Assembly (NCBI RefSeq): GCF_003019035.1
Contig: NZ_CP027447.1
Reading direction: 5' to 3' (one strand)
DNA from: Escherichia coli
GTDB lineage: Bacteria > Pseudomonadota > Gammaproteobacteria > Enterobacterales > Enterobacteriaceae
Length of the DNA: 64,000 nt
This document shows, in pieces, positions 10,329 through 24,081 of the stretch (position 1 is the stretch's first letter; each line of letters begins with the position of its first letter). The notes beneath the pieces were generated by a model. That model saw only the letters and a program-made list of their open reading frames with translations, made no database searches and was not told the origin of the DNA. A program made the position numbers and the translations under genes.

Positions 10329-12445
10329 CGCAGGAAACGATGGATTATCACGCTCTGAATGCGATGCTTAACCTTTACGATAGCGCAGGTCGCATTCAGT
10401 TCGATAAAGATCGCCAGGCAGTAGACGCCTTTATGACAACGCATGTGCGTCCGAACAGTGTGGCCTTCAGTAGCCAGCAGCAGCGCCTGAACTGGCTGGT
10501 TAACGAAGGTTACTATGATGAAAGCGTCCTTAATCGCTACTCTCGCGATTTTGTCATTACGCTGTTTGCCCACGCGCACGCCAGCGGTTTTCGTTTCCAG
10601 ACATTCCTCGGAGCATGGAAGTTTTACACCAGCTATACGTTGAAGACATTCGACGGTAAGCGTTATCTGGAAGATTTTGCCGATCGCGTCACGATGGTGG
10701 CGCTGACGCTGGCACAAGGCGATGAAACACTGGCGACGCAGCTCACTGATGAGATGCTGTCAGGACGCTTTCAGCCAGCCACGCCAACATTCCTCAACTG
10801 CGGTAAGCAGCAGCGCGGCGAACTGGTTTCCTGTTTTCTGCTGCGTATTGAAGACAATATGGAGTCGATTGGCCGGGCAGTAAATTCCGCACTACAACTG
10901 TCGAAACGCGGCGGCGGCGTAGCATTTTTGCTGTCGAATCTGCGGGAAGCGGGCGCGCCAATTAAACGTATTGAAAATCAATCTTCTGGCGTGATTCCGG
11001 TGATGAAAATGCTGGAAGACGCATTTTCCTATGCCAACCAACTCGGCGCGCGTCAGGGGGCTGGGGCAGTCTATTTACATGCTCATCATCCCGATATTCT
11101 GCGTTTTCTCGATACAAAACGGGAAAATGCCGACGAAAAAATCCGCATTAAAACACTGTCGCTGGGCGTGGTGATCCCGGATATCACTTTCCATCTGGCG
11201 AAAGAGAATGCGCAGATGGCGCTGTTTTCGCCCTATGACGTTGAGCGGGTTTATGGCAAGCCGTTTGCCGATGTCGCCATCAGCGAACGCTATGACGAAC
11301 TGGTTGCCGATGAACGCATTCGCAAAAAATACCTCAACGCCCGTGATTTCTTCCAGCGACTGGCAGAGATCCAGTTTGAGTCTGGCTATCCGTACATCAT
11401 GTATGAAGACACGGTTAACCGTGCTAACCCTATCGCCGGGCGCATAAATATGAGCAATCTCTGCTCAGAAATTTTGCAGGTTAACAGCGCCTCAGAGTAT
11501 GACGAGAATCTCGACTATGCTCGTACAGGACATGATATTTCCTGCAATCTAGGGTCGTTGAATATTGCCCACACCATGGATTCCCCCGACTTTGCCCGCA
11601 CGGTAGAGACTGCCGTACGCGGTTTAACGGCGGTGTCAGATATGAGTCATATCCGCAGCGTGCCGTCCATCGAAGCCGGAAATGCCGCCTCACACGCCAT
11701 CGGTCTGGGGCAGATGAATTTACACGGTTATCTGGCGCGAGAAGGCATCGCTTATGGTTCGCCGGAAGCACTGGATTTCACCAATCTCTATTTCTATACC
11801 ATCACCTGGCACGCACTGCGTACCTCGATGTTGCTGGCGCGCGAACGCGGTGAAACCTTCGCCGGGTTCAAACAGTCACGCTATGCCAGTGGTGAATATT
11901 TCAGCCAATATCTGCAAAGTAACTGGCAGCCGAAAACGGCGAAAGTTGGCGAACTGTTTGCCCGTAGTGGTGTTACGTTACCTACCCGTGAGATGTGGGC
12001 GCAGCTGCGCGACGACGTGATGCGCTATGGCATATACAACCAGAATCTCCAGGCGGTGCCCCCAACCGGTTCTATCTCTTATATCAACCATGCCACGTCG
12101 AGTATTCATCCGATTGTGGCGAAAGTAGAGATACGCAAAGAGGGCAAAACAGGACGCGTTTACTACCCTGCCCCGTTTATGACTAACGAAAATCTGGCGC
12201 TGTATCAGGACGCTTACGAAATCGGCGCAGAAAAGATCATCGACACCTACGCGGAAGCGACTCGCCATGTCGATCAGGGGCTGTCGCTGACGCTGTTTTT
12301 CCCCGATACCGCCACCACTCGCGATATCAACAAAGCGCAGATTTACGCCTGGCGCAAGGGTATCAAAACGCTCTATTACATTCGCCTGCGTCAGATGGCG
12401 CTGGAAGGCACTGAAATTGAAGGCTGCGTCTCCTGTGCACTTTAA
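10301..12445 (+). CDS. nrdE: class Ib ribonucleotide reductase alpha subunit
   Basis: 714 aa; RNR large-subunit sequence. Confidence 0.95.
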
Positions 12446-13414
<969 letters not shown>

Positions 13415-13769
13415 GGGGGTTATTTTCAAAAATATCACTACCCGCGACAGGGAAATAATTCCCGCCAAATAGCTTTTTATCACGCAAATATTTTGTGGTG
13501 ATCTACACTGACACTCTGTTGCATTATTCGCCTGAAACCACAATATTCAGGCGTTTTTTCGCTATCTTTGATAAAAAATATCAACTTTTCTCGATTTGCT
13601 CTCAGCCCTTATATCATGGGAAATTCCGGCGATTTGCTCACATCAATATTCATGCCACATTTGCCATCAGGGGTTGCCTCAGATTCTCAGTATGTTAGGG
13701 TAGAAAAAAGTGACTATTTCCATTGGGTAATGTATCGACATAAACAAATAACAGGAATCTTTCTATTGC
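13415..13769 (+). promoter_or_regulatory. proU (proVWX) promoter/upstream regulatory region
   Basis: AT-rich 355-bp leader upstream of proV; the osmoregulated, H-NS-silenced proU control region is established knowledge; exact -35/-10 not assigned. Confidence 0.5.
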
Positions 13770-14972
13770 ATGGCAATTAAATTAGAAATTAAAAATCTTT
13801 ATAAAATATTTGGTGAGCATCCACAGCGAGCTTTCAAATATATCGAACAAGGACTTTCAAAAGAACAAATTCTGGAAAAAACTGGGCTATCGCTTGGCGT
13901 AAAAGACGCCAGTCTGGCCATTGAAGAAGGCGAGATATTTGTCATCATGGGATTATCCGGTTCGGGTAAATCCACAATGGTACGCCTTCTCAATCGCCTG
14001 ATTGAACCCACCCGCGGGCAAGTGCTGATTGATGGTGTGGATATTGCCAAAATATCCGACGCCGAACTCCGTGAGGTGCGCAGAAAAAAGATTGCGATGG
14101 TCTTCCAGTCCTTTGCCTTAATGCCGCATATGACCGTGCTGGACAATACTGCGTTCGGTATGGAACTGGCCGGAATTAATGCCGAAGAACGCCGGGAAAA
14201 AGCCCTTGATGCACTGCGTCAGGTCGGGCTGGAAAATTATGCCCACAGCTACCCGGATGAACTCTCTGGCGGGATGCGTCAACGTGTGGGATTAGCCCGC
14301 GCGTTAGCGATTAATCCGGATATATTATTAATGGACGAAGCCTTCTCGGCGCTCGATCCATTAATTCGCACTGAGATGCAGGATGAGCTGGTAAAATTAC
14401 AGGCGAAACATCAGCGCACCATTGTCTTTATTTCCCACGATCTCGATGAAGCTATGCGTATTGGTGACCGAATTGCCATTATGCAAAATGGTGAAGTGGT
14501 GCAGGTTGGTACACCGGATGAAATTCTTAATAATCCGGCGAATGATTATGTCCGTACCTTCTTCCGTGGCGTCGATATTAGCCAGGTGTTCAGTGCGAAA
14601 GATATTGCCCGTCGTACACCGAACGGCTTAATTCGTAAAACCCCCGGCTTCGGCCCGCGTTCGGCACTGAAATTATTGCAGGATGAAGATCGCGAATATG
14701 GCTACGTCATCGAACGCGGTAATAAGTTTGTCGGCGCTGTGTCTATCGATTCGCTTAAAGCCGCGTTAACGCAGCAGCAAGGTCTTGATGCGGCGCTGAT
14801 TGATGCGCCGTTAGCGGTCGATGCACAAACGCCTCTTAGCGAGTTGCTCTCTCATGTCGGACAGGCACCCTGTGCGGTGCCCGTGGTCGACGAGGACCAA
14901 CAGTATGTCGGCATCATTTCGAAAGGAATGCTGCTGCGCGCTTTAGATCGTGAGGGGGTAAATAATGGCTGA
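13770..14972 (+). CDS. proV: glycine betaine/proline ABC transporter ATPase
   Basis: 400 aa; Walker [13 protein letters not shown] signature LSGGMRQR, C-terminal CBS-like region. Confidence 0.95.
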   Translation: MAIKLEIKNLYKIFGEHPQRAFKYIEQGLSKEQILEKTGLSLGVKDASLAIEEGEIFVIMGLSGSGKSTMVRLLNRLIEPTRGQVLIDGVDIAKISDAELREVRRKKIAMVFQSFALMPHMTVLDNTAFGMELAGINAEERREKALDALRQVGLENYAHSYPDELSGGMRQRVGLARALAINPDILLMDEAFSALDPLIRTEMQDELVKLQAKHQRTIVFISHDLDEAMRIGDRIAIMQNGEVVQVGTPDEILNNPANDYVRTFFRGVDISQVFSAKDIARRTPNGLIRKTPGFGPRSALKLLQDEDREYGYVIERGNKFVGAVSIDSLKAALTQQQGLDAALIDAPLAVDAQTPLSELLSHVGQAPCAVPVVDEDQQYVGIISKGMLLRALDREGVNNG

Positions 14973-16029
14973 TCAAAATAATCCGTGGGATACCACGCCA
15001 GCGGCGGACAGTGCCGCACAATCCGCAGACGCCTGGGGTACACCGGCTGCTGCACCGACTGACGGCGGTGGTGCTGACTGGCTGACCAGTACGCCTGCGC
15101 CAAACGTCGAGCATTTTAATATTCTCGATCCGTTCCATAAAACTCTGATCCCGCTCGACAGTTGGGTCACTGAAGGGATCGACTGGGTCGTTACCCATTT
15201 TCGTCCCGTCTTTCAGGGCGTGCGCGTTCCGGTTGATTACATCCTCAACGGTTTCCAGCAATTGCTGCTGGGTATGCCCGCGCCGGTGGCGATTATCGTT
15301 TTCGCTCTCATCGCCTGGCAGATTTCCGGGGTCGGAATGGGCGTGGCGACGCTGGTTTCGCTGATTGCCATCGGCGCAATCGGTGCCTGGTCGCAGGCAA
15401 TGGTTACTCTGGCGCTGGTGTTAACCGCCCTGCTGTTCTGTATCGTCATCGGTTTACCGTTGGGGATCTGGCTGGCGAGAAGTCCGCGAGCAGCGAAAAT
15501 TATTCGTCCACTGCTTGATGCCATGCAGACCACGCCCGCGTTTGTTTATCTGGTGCCAATCGTCATGCTGTTTGGTATCGGTAACGTGCCGGGCGTGGTG
15601 GTGACGATCATCTTTGCGCTGCCGCCGATTATCCGTCTGACGATTCTGGGAATTAACCAGGTTCCGGCGGATCTGATTGAAGCCTCGCGCTCATTCGGTG
15701 CCAGCCCGCGCCAGATGCTGTTCAAAGTTCAGTTACCGCTGGCGATGCCAACCATTATGGCGGGCGTTAACCAGACGCTGATGCTGGCCCTTTCTATGGT
15801 GGTCATCGCCTCGATGATTGCCGTCGGCGGGCTGGGTCAGATGGTACTTCGCGGTATCGGTCGTCTGGATATGGGGCTTGCCACCGTTGGCGGCGTCGGG
15901 ATTGTGATCCTCGCCATTATCCTCGATCGCCTGACGCAGGCCGTTGGGCGCGACTCACGCAGTCGCGGCAACCGTCGCTGGTACACCACTGGCCCTGTCG
16001 GTCTTCTGACCCGCCCATTCATTAAGTAA
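14965..16029 (+). CDS. proW: glycine betaine/proline ABC transporter permease
   Basis: 354 aa multi-TM permease; overlaps proV stop. Confidence 0.95.
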   Translation: MADQNNPWDTTPAADSAAQSADAWGTPAAAPTDGGGADWLTSTPAPNVEHFNILDPFHKTLIPLDSWVTEGIDWVVTHFRPVFQGVRVPVDYILNGFQQLLLGMPAPVAIIVFALIAWQISGVGMGVATLVSLIAIGAIGAWSQAMVTLALVLTALLFCIVIGLPLGIWLARSPRAAKIIRPLLDAMQTTPAFVYLVPIVMLFGIGNVPGVVVTIIFALPPIIRLTILGINQVPADLIEASRSFGASPRQMLFKVQLPLAMPTIMAGVNQTLMLALSMVVIASMIAVGGLGQMVLRGIGRLDMGLATVGGVGIVILAIILDRLTQAVGRDSRSRGNRRWYTTGPVGLLTRPFIK

Positions 16030-16086
16030 CTCTGCACTTGCCCGGTGACGCCGGGCATTATCACCCTGCCAAAAAAAGGAATAACA

Positions 16087-17079
16087 ATGCGACATAGCGT
16101 ACTTTTTGCGACAGCGTTTGCCACGCTTATCTCTACACAAACTTTTGCTGCCGACCTGCCGGGCAAAGGCATTACTGTTAATCCGGTTCAGAGCACCATC
16201 ACCGAAGAAACTTTCCAGACGCTGCTGGTCAGCCGCGCGCTGGAGAAATTAGGTTATACCGTCAATAAACCCAGCGAAGTGGATTACAACGTTGGGTACA
16301 CCTCGCTTGCTTCCGGCGATGCAACCTTCACCGCCGTGAACTGGACGCCGCTGCATGACAACATGTACGAAGCTGCCGGTGGCGATAAGAAATTTTATCG
16401 TGAAGGAGTATTTGTTAACGGCGCGGCACAGGGTTACCTGATCGATAAGAAAACCGCCGACCAGTATAAAATTACCAACATCGCGCAACTTAAAGATCCG
16501 AAGATCGCCAAACTGTTCGATACCAACGGCGACGGTAAAGCGGATTTAACCGGCTGTAACCCAGGCTGGGGCTGCGAAGGTGCGATCAACCACCAGCTTG
16601 CCGCGTATGGACTGACCAATACCGTGACGCATAATCAGGGGAACTACGCAGCGATGATGGCTGACACCATCAGTCGTTACAAAGAGGGTAAGCCGGTGTT
16701 TTACTACACCTGGACGCCGTACTGGGTGAGTAACGAACTGAAACCGGGGAAAGATGTGGTCTGGTTGCAGGTGCCGTTCTCCGCACTGCCGGGCGATAAA
16801 AATGCCGATACCAAACTGCCGAATGGCGCGAATTACGGCTTCCCGGTCAGTACCATGCATATCGTTGCCAACAAAGCCTGGGCCGAGAAAAATCCGGCGG
16901 CAGCGAAACTGTTTGCCATTATGCAGTTGCCAGTGGCAGATATTAACGCCCAGAACGCCATTATGCATGACGGCAAAGCCTCAGAAGGCGATATTCAGGG
17001 CCACGTTGATGGCTGGATCAAAGCCCACCAGCAGCAGTTCGATGGCTGGGTGAATGAAGCGCTGGCAGCGCAGAAGTAA
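16087..17079 (+). CDS. proX: glycine betaine-binding periplasmic protein
   Basis: ORF 16045..17079; start at ATG 16087 ([21 protein letters not shown] signal peptide), 330 aa. Confidence 0.9.
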   Translation: MRHSVLFATAFATLISTQTFAADLPGKGITVNPVQSTITEETFQTLLVSRALEKLGYTVNKPSEVDYNVGYTSLASGDATFTAVNWTPLHDNMYEAAGGDKKFYREGVFVNGAAQGYLIDKKTADQYKITNIAQLKDPKIAKLFDTNGDGKADLTGCNPGWGCEGAINHQLAAYGLTNTVTHNQGNYAAMMADTISRYKEGKPVFYYTWTPYWVSNELKPGKDVVWLQVPFSALPGDKNADTKLPNGANYGFPVSTMHIVANKAWAEKNPAAAKLFAIMQLPVADINAQNAIMHDGKASEGDIQGHVDGWIKAHQQQFDGWVNEALAAQK

Positions 17080-17087
17080 TTTTTATT

Positions 17088-17168
17088 CGGGCGGATAAGG
17101 CGTTTTTGCCTCATCCGCCGCTCTGTACACAATGCCTGATGCGACGCTGGCGCGTCTTATCATACCTA
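17088..17168. repeat. REP/BIME element downstream of proX
   Basis: CGGGCGGATAAGGCG...CATCCGCC and GCCTGATGCGACGCTGGCGCGTCTTATCA palindromic units. Confidence 0.6.
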
Positions 17169-17270
17169 CAAACCACACCGCACATTTCAACAATCTATCT
17201 TTCATCCCATATTCATCAACATCCGCTATTATTGATTTCCAGCTTAATCATCACCTGATGAACAAAAATA

Positions 17271-18455
17271 ATGACTAAACCTAATCATGAGCTTAGCCCG
17301 GCGCTGATCGTGCTGATGTCTATCGCCACCGGTCTGGCGGTAGCCAGTAACTATTACGCCCAGCCATTGCTCGACACCATCGCGCGTAACTTTTCCCTTT
17401 CCGCCAGTTCGGCAGGCTTTATTGTTACCACCGCGCAGTTGGGCTATGCCGCAGGTCTGCTGTTTCTTGTTCCCCTCGGTGATATGTTTGAACGCCGCCG
17501 CCTGATTGTCTCGATGACCTTACTGGCGGCAGGCGGCATGTTAATCACTGCCAGCAGTCAGTCGCTGGCGATGATGATCCTCGGTACGGCATTAACCGGT
17601 TTATTCTCAGTCGTGGCACAAATTCTGGTTCCGCTGGCAGCGACGCTGGCTTCACCGGACAAACGCGGCAAAGTGGTCGGCACCATTATGAGCGGGCTGC
17701 TGTTGGGGATCTTGCTGGCACGGACCGTTGCCGGATTGCTGGCGAGTCTCGGTGGCTGGCGAACTGTCTTTTGGGTCGCTTCGGTATTAATGGCACTGAT
17801 GGCGCTGGCGTTATGGCGTGGTCTGCCACAAATGAAATCAGAAACCCACCTCAACTACCCACAGTTGCTAGGTTCTGTTTTCAGCATGTTTATCAGCGAT
17901 AAAATCCTGCGCACCCGCGCGTTGCTGGGCTGCCTGACCTTTGCCAACTTCAGCATTCTCTGGACCTCGATGGCCTTTTTGCTTGCCGCTCCACCTTTTA
18001 ACTACAGCGATGGCGTAATTGGTCTGTTCGGACTTGCAGGAGCTGCAGGGGCGTTAGGCGCTCGTCCGGCGGGCGGTTTTGCCGATAAGGGCAAATCACA
18101 CCTCACCACAACTTTCGGCCTGCTGCTGCTGTTACTTTCATGGCTGGCTATCTGGTTTGGACACACTTCTGTACTGGCGCTGGTTATCGGCATCCTGGTG
18201 CTGGATCTCACCGTGCAGGGCGTGCATATCACTAACCAGACGGTAATTTATCGAATTTACCCCGATGCGCGTAATCGCCTGACTGCAGGTTACATGACCA
18301 GCTACTTTATTGGCGGTGCTGCCGGTTCGCTAATTTCAGCCTCAGCCTGGCAACATGGCGGTTGGGCAGGCGTTTGTCTGGCTGGCGCGACGATTGCCCT
18401 GGTTAACTTACTGGTCTGGTGGCGAGGTTTTCATCGTCAGGAAGCCGCAATTTAA
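17271..18455 (+). CDS. ygaY: MFS transporter (intact here)
   Basis: 394-aa 12-TM-type ORF between proX and ygaZ. Confidence 0.75.
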   Translation: MTKPNHELSPALIVLMSIATGLAVASNYYAQPLLDTIARNFSLSASSAGFIVTTAQLGYAAGLLFLVPLGDMFERRRLIVSMTLLAAGGMLITASSQSLAMMILGTALTGLFSVVAQILVPLAATLASPDKRGKVVGTIMSGLLLGILLARTVAGLLASLGGWRTVFWVASVLMALMALALWRGLPQMKSETHLNYPQLLGSVFSMFISDKILRTRALLGCLTFANFSILWTSMAFLLAAPPFNYSDGVIGLFGLAGAAGALGARPAGGFADKGKSHLTTTFGLLLLLLSWLAIWFGHTSVLALVIGILVLDLTVQGVHITNQTVIYRIYPDARNRLTAGYMTSYFIGGAAGSLISASAWQHGGWAGVCLAGATIALVNLLVWWRGFHRQEAAI

Positions 18456-18578
18456 GCAATCAGCAACCGTTTTCGTGGCTTTACACTTATAAGGGTGTTA
18501 AGAAGCCCATCAGTCTGATAAGGTTAAGATATTCATTCAGTCTATTTATAATATTAACAATCGTTAAGCGTACACTCT

Positions 18579-19316
18579 ATGGAAAGCCCTACTCCACAGC
18601 CTGCTCCTGGTTCGGCGACCTTCATGGAAGGATGCAAAGACAGTTTACCGATTGTTATTAGTTATATTCCGGTGGCCTTTGCGTTCGGTCTGAATGCGAC
18701 CCGTCTGGGATTCTCTCCTCTCGAAAGCGTTTTTTTCTCCTGCATCATTTATGCAGGCGCGAGCCAGTTCGTCATTACCGCGATGCTGGCAGCCGGGAGT
18801 AGTTTGTGGGTTGCTGCACTGACCGTCATGGCAATGGATGTTCGCCATGTTTTGTATGGCCCGTCACTGCGTAGCCGTATTATTCAGCGTCTGCAAAAAT
18901 CGAAAACCGCCCTGTGGGCATTTGGCCTGACGGATGAGGTTTTTGCCGCCGCAACCGCAAAACTGGTACGCAATAATCGCCGCTGGAGCGAGAACTGGAT
19001 GATCGGCATTGCCTTCAGTTCATGGTCATCGTGGGTATTTGGTACGGTAATAGGGGCATTCTCCGGCAGCGGCTTGCTGCAAGGTTATCCCGCCGTTGAA
19101 GCAGCATTAGGTTTTATGCTTCCGGCACTCTTTATGAGTTTCCTGCTCGCCTCTTTCCAGCGCAAACAATCTCTTTGCGTTACCGCAGCGTTAGTTGGTG
19201 CCCTTGCAGGCGTAACGCTATTTTCTATTCCCGTCGCCATTCTGGCAGGCATTGTCTGTGGCTGCCTCACTGCGTTAATCCAGGCATTCTGGCAAGGAGC
19301 GCCCGATGAGCTATGA
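18579..19316 (+). CDS. ygaZ: AzlC-family branched-chain amino acid exporter subunit
   Basis: 245-aa membrane protein ORF. Confidence 0.85.
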   Translation: MESPTPQPAPGSATFMEGCKDSLPIVISYIPVAFAFGLNATRLGFSPLESVFFSCIIYAGASQFVITAMLAAGSSLWVAALTVMAMDVRHVLYGPSLRSRIIQRLQKSKTALWAFGLTDEVFAAATAKLVRNNRRWSENWMIGIAFSSWSSWVFGTVIGAFSGSGLLQGYPAVEAALGFMLPALFMSFLLASFQRKQSLCVTAALVGALAGVTLFSIPVAILAGIVCGCLTALIQAFWQGAPDEL

Positions 19317-19641
19317 GGTTTTGCTGCTTGGGTTACTGGTTGGCGCGGCGAATTATTGCTTCCGCTATTTGCCGCTGCGCCTGCGTGTGGGTAATGCCCG
19401 CCCAACCAAACGTGGCGCGATAGGCATATTGCTCGACACCATTGGCATCGCCTCGATATGCGCTCTGCTGGTTGTCTCTACCGCACCAGAAGTGATGCAC
19501 GATACACGCCGTTTCGTGCCCACGCTGGTCGGCTTCGCGGTACTGGGTGCCAGTTTCTATAAAACACGCAGCATTATCATCCCAACACTGCTTAGTGCGC
19601 TGGCCTATGGGCTCGCCTGGAAAGTGATGGCGATTATATAA
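19306..19641 (+). CDS. ygaH: AzlD-family exporter small subunit
   Basis: 111-aa membrane ORF overlapping the ygaZ stop. Confidence 0.85.
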   Translation: MSYEVLLLGLLVGAANYCFRYLPLRLRVGNARPTKRGAIGILLDTIGIASICALLVVSTAPEVMHDTRRFVPTLVGFAVLGASFYKTRSIIIPTLLSALAYGLAWKVMAII

Positions 19642-19731
19642 CCCACAAGAATCATTTTTCTAAAACAATACATTTACTTTATTTGTCACTGTCGTTACTA
19701 TATCGGCTGAAATTAATGAGGTCATACCCAA

Positions 19732-20262
19732 ATGGATAGTTCGTTTACGCCCATTGAACAAATGCTAAAATTTCGCGCCAGCCGCCACGAAGATTTTCCT
19801 TATCAGGAGATCCTTCTGACTCGTCTTTGCATGCACATGCAAAGCAAGCTGCTGGAGAACCGCAATAAAATGCTGAAGGCTCAGGGGATTAACGAGACGT
19901 TGTTTATGGCGTTGATTACGCTGGAGTCTCAGGAAAACCACAGTATTCAGCCTTCTGAATTGAGTTGTGCTCTTGGATCATCCCGTACCAACGCGACGCG
20001 TATTGCCGATGAACTGGAAAAACGCGGTTGGATCGAACGTCGTGAAAGCGATAACGATCGCCGCTGCCTGCATCTGCAATTAACGGAAAAAGGTCACGAG
20101 TTTTTGCGCGAGGTTTTACCACCGCAGCATAACTGCCTGCATCAACTCTGGTCCGCGCTCAGCACAACAGAAAAAGATCAGCTCGAGCAAATCACCCGCA
20201 AATTGCTCTCCCGTCTCGACCAGATGGAACAAGACGGTGTGGTTCTCGAAGCGATGAGCTAA
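19732..20262 (+). CDS. mprA: MarR-family repressor of emrAB
   Basis: 176 aa with MarR-type wHTH; upstream of emrAB. Confidence 0.9.
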
Positions 20263-20388
20263 CGCGTCATCTCGCTCAAAAATCCAGATTTATAAAAGAA
20301 AAAATGACTGGCCAGCATCGCAACATGCTGGCCTTTTTGGCAAGCAGGTCGGCTCAGCCGATGAGTTAAGAAGATCGTGGAGAACAAT

Positions 20389-21561
20389 ATGAGCGCAAAT
20401 GCGGAGACTCAAACCCCGCAGCAACCGGTAAAGAAGAGCGGCAAACGTAAGCGTCTGCTCCTCCTTCTCACCTTGCTCTTTATAATTATTGCCGTAGCGA
20501 TAGGGATTTATTGGTTTTTAGTACTGCGTCATTTCGAAGAAACCGATGACGCATACGTGGCAGGGAATCAGATTCAAATTATGTCTCAGGTGTCTGGCAG
20601 CGTGACGAAAGTCTGGGCCGATAACACCGATTTTGTAAAAGAAGGCGACGTGCTGGTCACTCTCGACCCGACAGATGCTCGCCAGGCGTTTGAAAAAGCC
20701 AAAACTGCACTGGCTTCCAGCGTTCGCCAAACCCACCAGCTGATGATTAACAGCAAACAGTTGCAGGCGAATATTGAGGTGCAAAAAATCGCCCTCGCGA
20801 AAGCACAAAGCGACTACAACCGCCGTGTGCCGCTGGGCAATGCCAACCTGATTGGTCGCGAAGAGCTGCAACACGCCCGTGACGCCGTCACCAGTGCCCA
20901 GGCGCAACTGGACGTCGCTATTCAACAATACAATGCCAATCAGGCGATGATTCTGGGGACGAAACTGGAAGATCAGCCTGCCGTACAACAGGCTGCCACC
21001 GAAGTACGTAACGCCTGGCTGGCGCTGGAGCGTACCCGTATTGTCAGTCCGATGACCGGTTATGTCTCCCGCCGCGCGGTACAGCCTGGGGCGCAAATTA
21101 GCCCAACGACGCCGCTGATGGCGGTCGTTCCAGCCACCAATATGTGGGTGGATGCCAACTTTAAAGAGACGCAGATTGCCAATATGCGTATCGGTCAGCC
21201 GGTCACCATCACCACCGATATTTACGGCGATGATGTGAAATACACCGGAAAAGTGGTTGGTCTGGATATGGGCACAGGTAGCGCGTTCTCACTGCTTCCG
21301 GCGCAAAATGCGACCGGTAACTGGATCAAAGTCGTTCAGCGTCTGCCTGTGCGTATTGAACTGGACCAGAAACAGCTCGAGCAATACCCGCTGCGTATCG
21401 GTTTGTCCACGCTGGTGAGCGTCAATACCACTAACCGTGACGGTCAGGTACTGGCAAATAAAGTACGTTCCACACCGGTCGCGGTAAGCACCGCGCGTGA
21501 AATCAGCCTGGCACCTGTCAATAAACTGATCGACGATATCGTAAAAGCTAACGCTGGCTAA
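20389..21561 (+). CDS. emrA: multidrug efflux membrane fusion protein
   Basis: ORF 20377..21561; start at MSANAETQTPQQP (390 aa); HlyD-type adaptor. Confidence 0.9.
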   Translation: MSANAETQTPQQPVKKSGKRKRLLLLLTLLFIIIAVAIGIYWFLVLRHFEETDDAYVAGNQIQIMSQVSGSVTKVWADNTDFVKEGDVLVTLDPTDARQAFEKAKTALASSVRQTHQLMINSKQLQANIEVQKIALAKAQSDYNRRVPLGNANLIGREELQHARDAVTSAQAQLDVAIQQYNANQAMILGTKLEDQPAVQQAATEVRNAWLALERTRIVSPMTGYVSRRAVQPGAQISPTTPLMAVVPATNMWVDANFKETQIANMRIGQPVTITTDIYGDDVKYTGKVVGLDMGTGSAFSLLPAQNATGNWIKVVQRLPVRIELDQKQLEQYPLRIGLSTLVSVNTTNRDGQVLANKVRSTPVAVSTAREISLAPVNKLIDDIVKANAG

Positions 21562-21577
21562 TCCAGAGGTGCGTGTG

Positions 21578-23116
21578 ATGCAACAGCAAAAACCGCTGGA
21601 AGGCGCGCAACTGGTCATTATGACGATTGCGCTGTCACTGGCGACATTCATGCAGGTGCTGGACTCCACCATTGCTAACGTGGCGATCCCCACTATCGCC
21701 GGGAATCTGGGCTCATCGCTCAGCCAGGGAACGTGGGTAATCACTTCTTTCGGGGTGGCGAATGCCATCTCGATCCCGCTTACCGGCTGGCTGGCAAAGC
21801 GCGTCGGGGAAGTGAAACTGTTCCTCTGGTCCACCATCGCCTTTGCTATTGCGTCGTGGGCGTGTGGTGTCTCCAGCAGCCTGAATATGCTGATCTTCTT
21901 CCGCGTGATTCAGGGGATTGTCGCCGGGCCGTTAATTCCGCTTTCGCAAAGTCTATTGCTGAATAACTACCCGCCAGCCAAACGCTCGATCGCGCTGGCA
22001 TTGTGGTCGATGACGGTGATTGTCGCGCCAATTTGCGGCCCGATCCTCGGCGGGTATATCAGCGATAATTACCACTGGGGCTGGATATTCTTCATCAACG
22101 TACCAATTGGCGTGGCGGTGGTGTTGATGACCCTGCAAACCCTGCGCGGACGTGAAACCCGCACCGAACGGCGGCGGATTGATGCCGTGGGGCTGGCACT
22201 GCTGGTTATTGGTATCGGCAGCCTGCAGATTATGCTCGACCGCGGTAAAGAGCTGGACTGGTTCTCATCACAGGAAATTATCATCCTTACCGTGGTGGCA
22301 GTGGTGGCTATCTGCTTCCTGATTGTCTGGGAGCTGACCGACGATAACCCAATAGTCGATCTGTCGTTGTTTAAGTCGCGCAACTTCACCATCGGCTGTT
22401 TGTGTATCAGCCTCGCGTATATGCTCTACTTCGGCGCTATTGTTCTGCTGCCGCAGTTGTTGCAGGAGGTCTACGGTTACACGGCAACGTGGGCAGGTCT
22501 GGCCTCTGCGCCGGTAGGAATTATTCCGGTGATCCTGTCGCCGATTATCGGCCGCTTCGCGCATAAACTGGATATGCGGCGGCTGGTAACCTTCAGCTTT
22601 ATTATGTATGCCGTCTGCTTCTACTGGCGTGCCTATACCTTTGAACCGGGTATGGATTTTGGCGCGTCGGCCTGGCCGCAGTTTATCCAGGGTTTTGCGG
22701 TGGCCTGCTTCTTTATGCCGCTAACCACCATTACGCTGTCCGGTTTGCCACCGGAACGACTGGCGGCAGCATCGAGCCTCTCCAACTTTACGCGAACGCT
22801 GGCGGGGTCTATCGGCACATCGATAACCACGACTATGTGGACCAACCGCGAGTCGCTGCACCATGCGCAGTTGACTGAGTCGGTAAACCCGTTCAACCCG
22901 AATGCCCAGGCGATGTATAGTCAACTGGAAGGGCTTGGGATGACGCAACAGCAGGCATCAGGCTGGATTGCCCAGCAGATCACCAATCAGGGGCTGATTA
23001 TTTCTGCCAATGAGATCTTCTGGATGTCAGCCGGGATATTCCTCGTCCTGCTGGGGCTGGTGTGGTTTGCTAAACCGCCCTTTGGCGCAGGTGGCGGCGG
23101 AGGCGGTGCGCACTAA
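21578..23116 (+). CDS. emrB: multidrug efflux MFS transporter (14-TM)
   Basis: ORF 21569..23116; start at ATG 21578 (MQQQKPLEGAQ...), 512 aa. Confidence 0.9.
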   Translation: MQQQKPLEGAQLVIMTIALSLATFMQVLDSTIANVAIPTIAGNLGSSLSQGTWVITSFGVANAISIPLTGWLAKRVGEVKLFLWSTIAFAIASWACGVSSSLNMLIFFRVIQGIVAGPLIPLSQSLLLNNYPPAKRSIALALWSMTVIVAPICGPILGGYISDNYHWGWIFFINVPIGVAVVLMTLQTLRGRETRTERRRIDAVGLALLVIGIGSLQIMLDRGKELDWFSSQEIIILTVVAVVAICFLIVWELTDDNPIVDLSLFKSRNFTIGCLCISLAYMLYFGAIVLLPQLLQEVYGYTATWAGLASAPVGIIPVILSPIIGRFAHKLDMRRLVTFSFIMYAVCFYWRAYTFEPGMDFGASAWPQFIQGFAVACFFMPLTTITLSGLPPERLAAASSLSNFTRTLAGSIGTSITTTMWTNRESLHHAQLTESVNPFNPNAQAMYSQLEGLGMTQQQASGWIAQQITNQGLIISANEIFWMSAGIFLVLLGLVWFAKPPFGAGGGGGGAH

Positions 23117-23125
23117 GGTTGTCAA

Positions 23126-23150
23126 AGGGAGCTGCGGCTCCCTTTTTATT
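23126..23150 (+). terminator. intrinsic terminator after emrB
   Basis: AGGGAGC-TGCG-GCTCCCT stem-loop followed by TTTTT. Confidence 0.75.
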
Positions 23151-23373
23151 TGCTCATTCTGTAAACGGTTGTTTTATCCTCTCATTCGGTGTATCTTTTC
23201 GCCGCCCCAAACTCTTCCATTCACCATTAACCGGTTCTGAGCATTCGCTCAGGTTGTTAATTCTCTTTTTCCTTCGCCCTCGCTTTCGCGGGTGATACTC
23301 ACATTTTTCTTTTAACCCCATAACTCGCACCCTCGCGGGCGTACATTTATTACACACAAAATAATGGATTATT

Positions 23374-24081
23374 ATGAATACCCAACGGAAATACGGGAGA
23401 ACCTGGCATTATCCTTTCTCCCCTGGCACCACCAGCGATGACCGCATTAACGCCGATTACTGGCAGGATTTACAGGCCATCACGCAATTGGTGCACACAG
23501 AAAAACTCGACGGCGAAAATAACTGCCTTAACCGCTACGGCGTGTTTGCCCGCTCCCATGCCGCGCCTACGCAGTCGGCATGGACCTATAAAATTCGCCA
23601 ACGCTGGCAACTGCTGAAAAACGATCTCGGCGACCTGGAGTTGTTTGGTGAAAATCTTTATGCCGTCCATTCGATTGAATATCGCGCCATGGAGCAGGAT
23701 TTTTATCTGTTTGCCGTTCGCTGCCAGGATATGTGGCTGAGCTGGGAAGAGGTGCAGTTTTACGCCGCTCTGTTTGATTTCCCCTGCGTTCCCGAAATCT
23801 CCGGCCCGCAGCCGGGGAATGATGAAAAAAGCTGGCAACGTGATTTTTTGGCGCTGACCAATGCGCGCGGCGCGTTCGATCCCTGGGATACGCAAACTGG
23901 GCAACCCTGTACGCTGGAAGGCATTGTCAGCCGGAATCGTGACGCGTTTTCCGTCGCTGACTTTTCGCATAACGTCTTCAAGTATGTGCGCAAAAATCAT
24001 GTCAAAACCACCGTGCACTGGAAACGACACTGGCAACGGGCGCGGATGGCCCATGAGTTCGCTTATGGAGAACAGTCATGA
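23374..24081 (+). CDS. ATP-dependent RNA ligase-like nucleotidyltransferase (235 aa)
   Basis: Covalent nucleotidyltransferase motifs visible: motif I KLDGEN (Lys at about nt 23503), motif III-like ELFGENLYA, motif IV-like LEGIVSR, motif V-like FKYVRKNH. Confidence 0.55.
   Translation: MNTQRKYGRTWHYPFSPGTTSDDRINADYWQDLQAITQLVHTEKLDGENNCLNRYGVFARSHAAPTQSAWTYKIRQRWQLLKNDLGDLELFGENLYAVHSIEYRAMEQDFYLFAVRCQDMWLSWEEVQFYAALFDFPCVPEISGPQPGNDEKSWQRDFLALTNARGAFDPWDTQTGQPCTLEGIVSRNRDAFSVADFSHNVFKYVRKNHVKTTVHWKRHWQRARMAHEFAYGEQS

Noticed and set aside
23470-24054. 194-aa minus-strand ORF within the accessory cassette
   Set aside because: Antisense to the ligase-like gene, which shows ordered nucleotidyltransferase motifs; the minus frame has no recognisable motifs.
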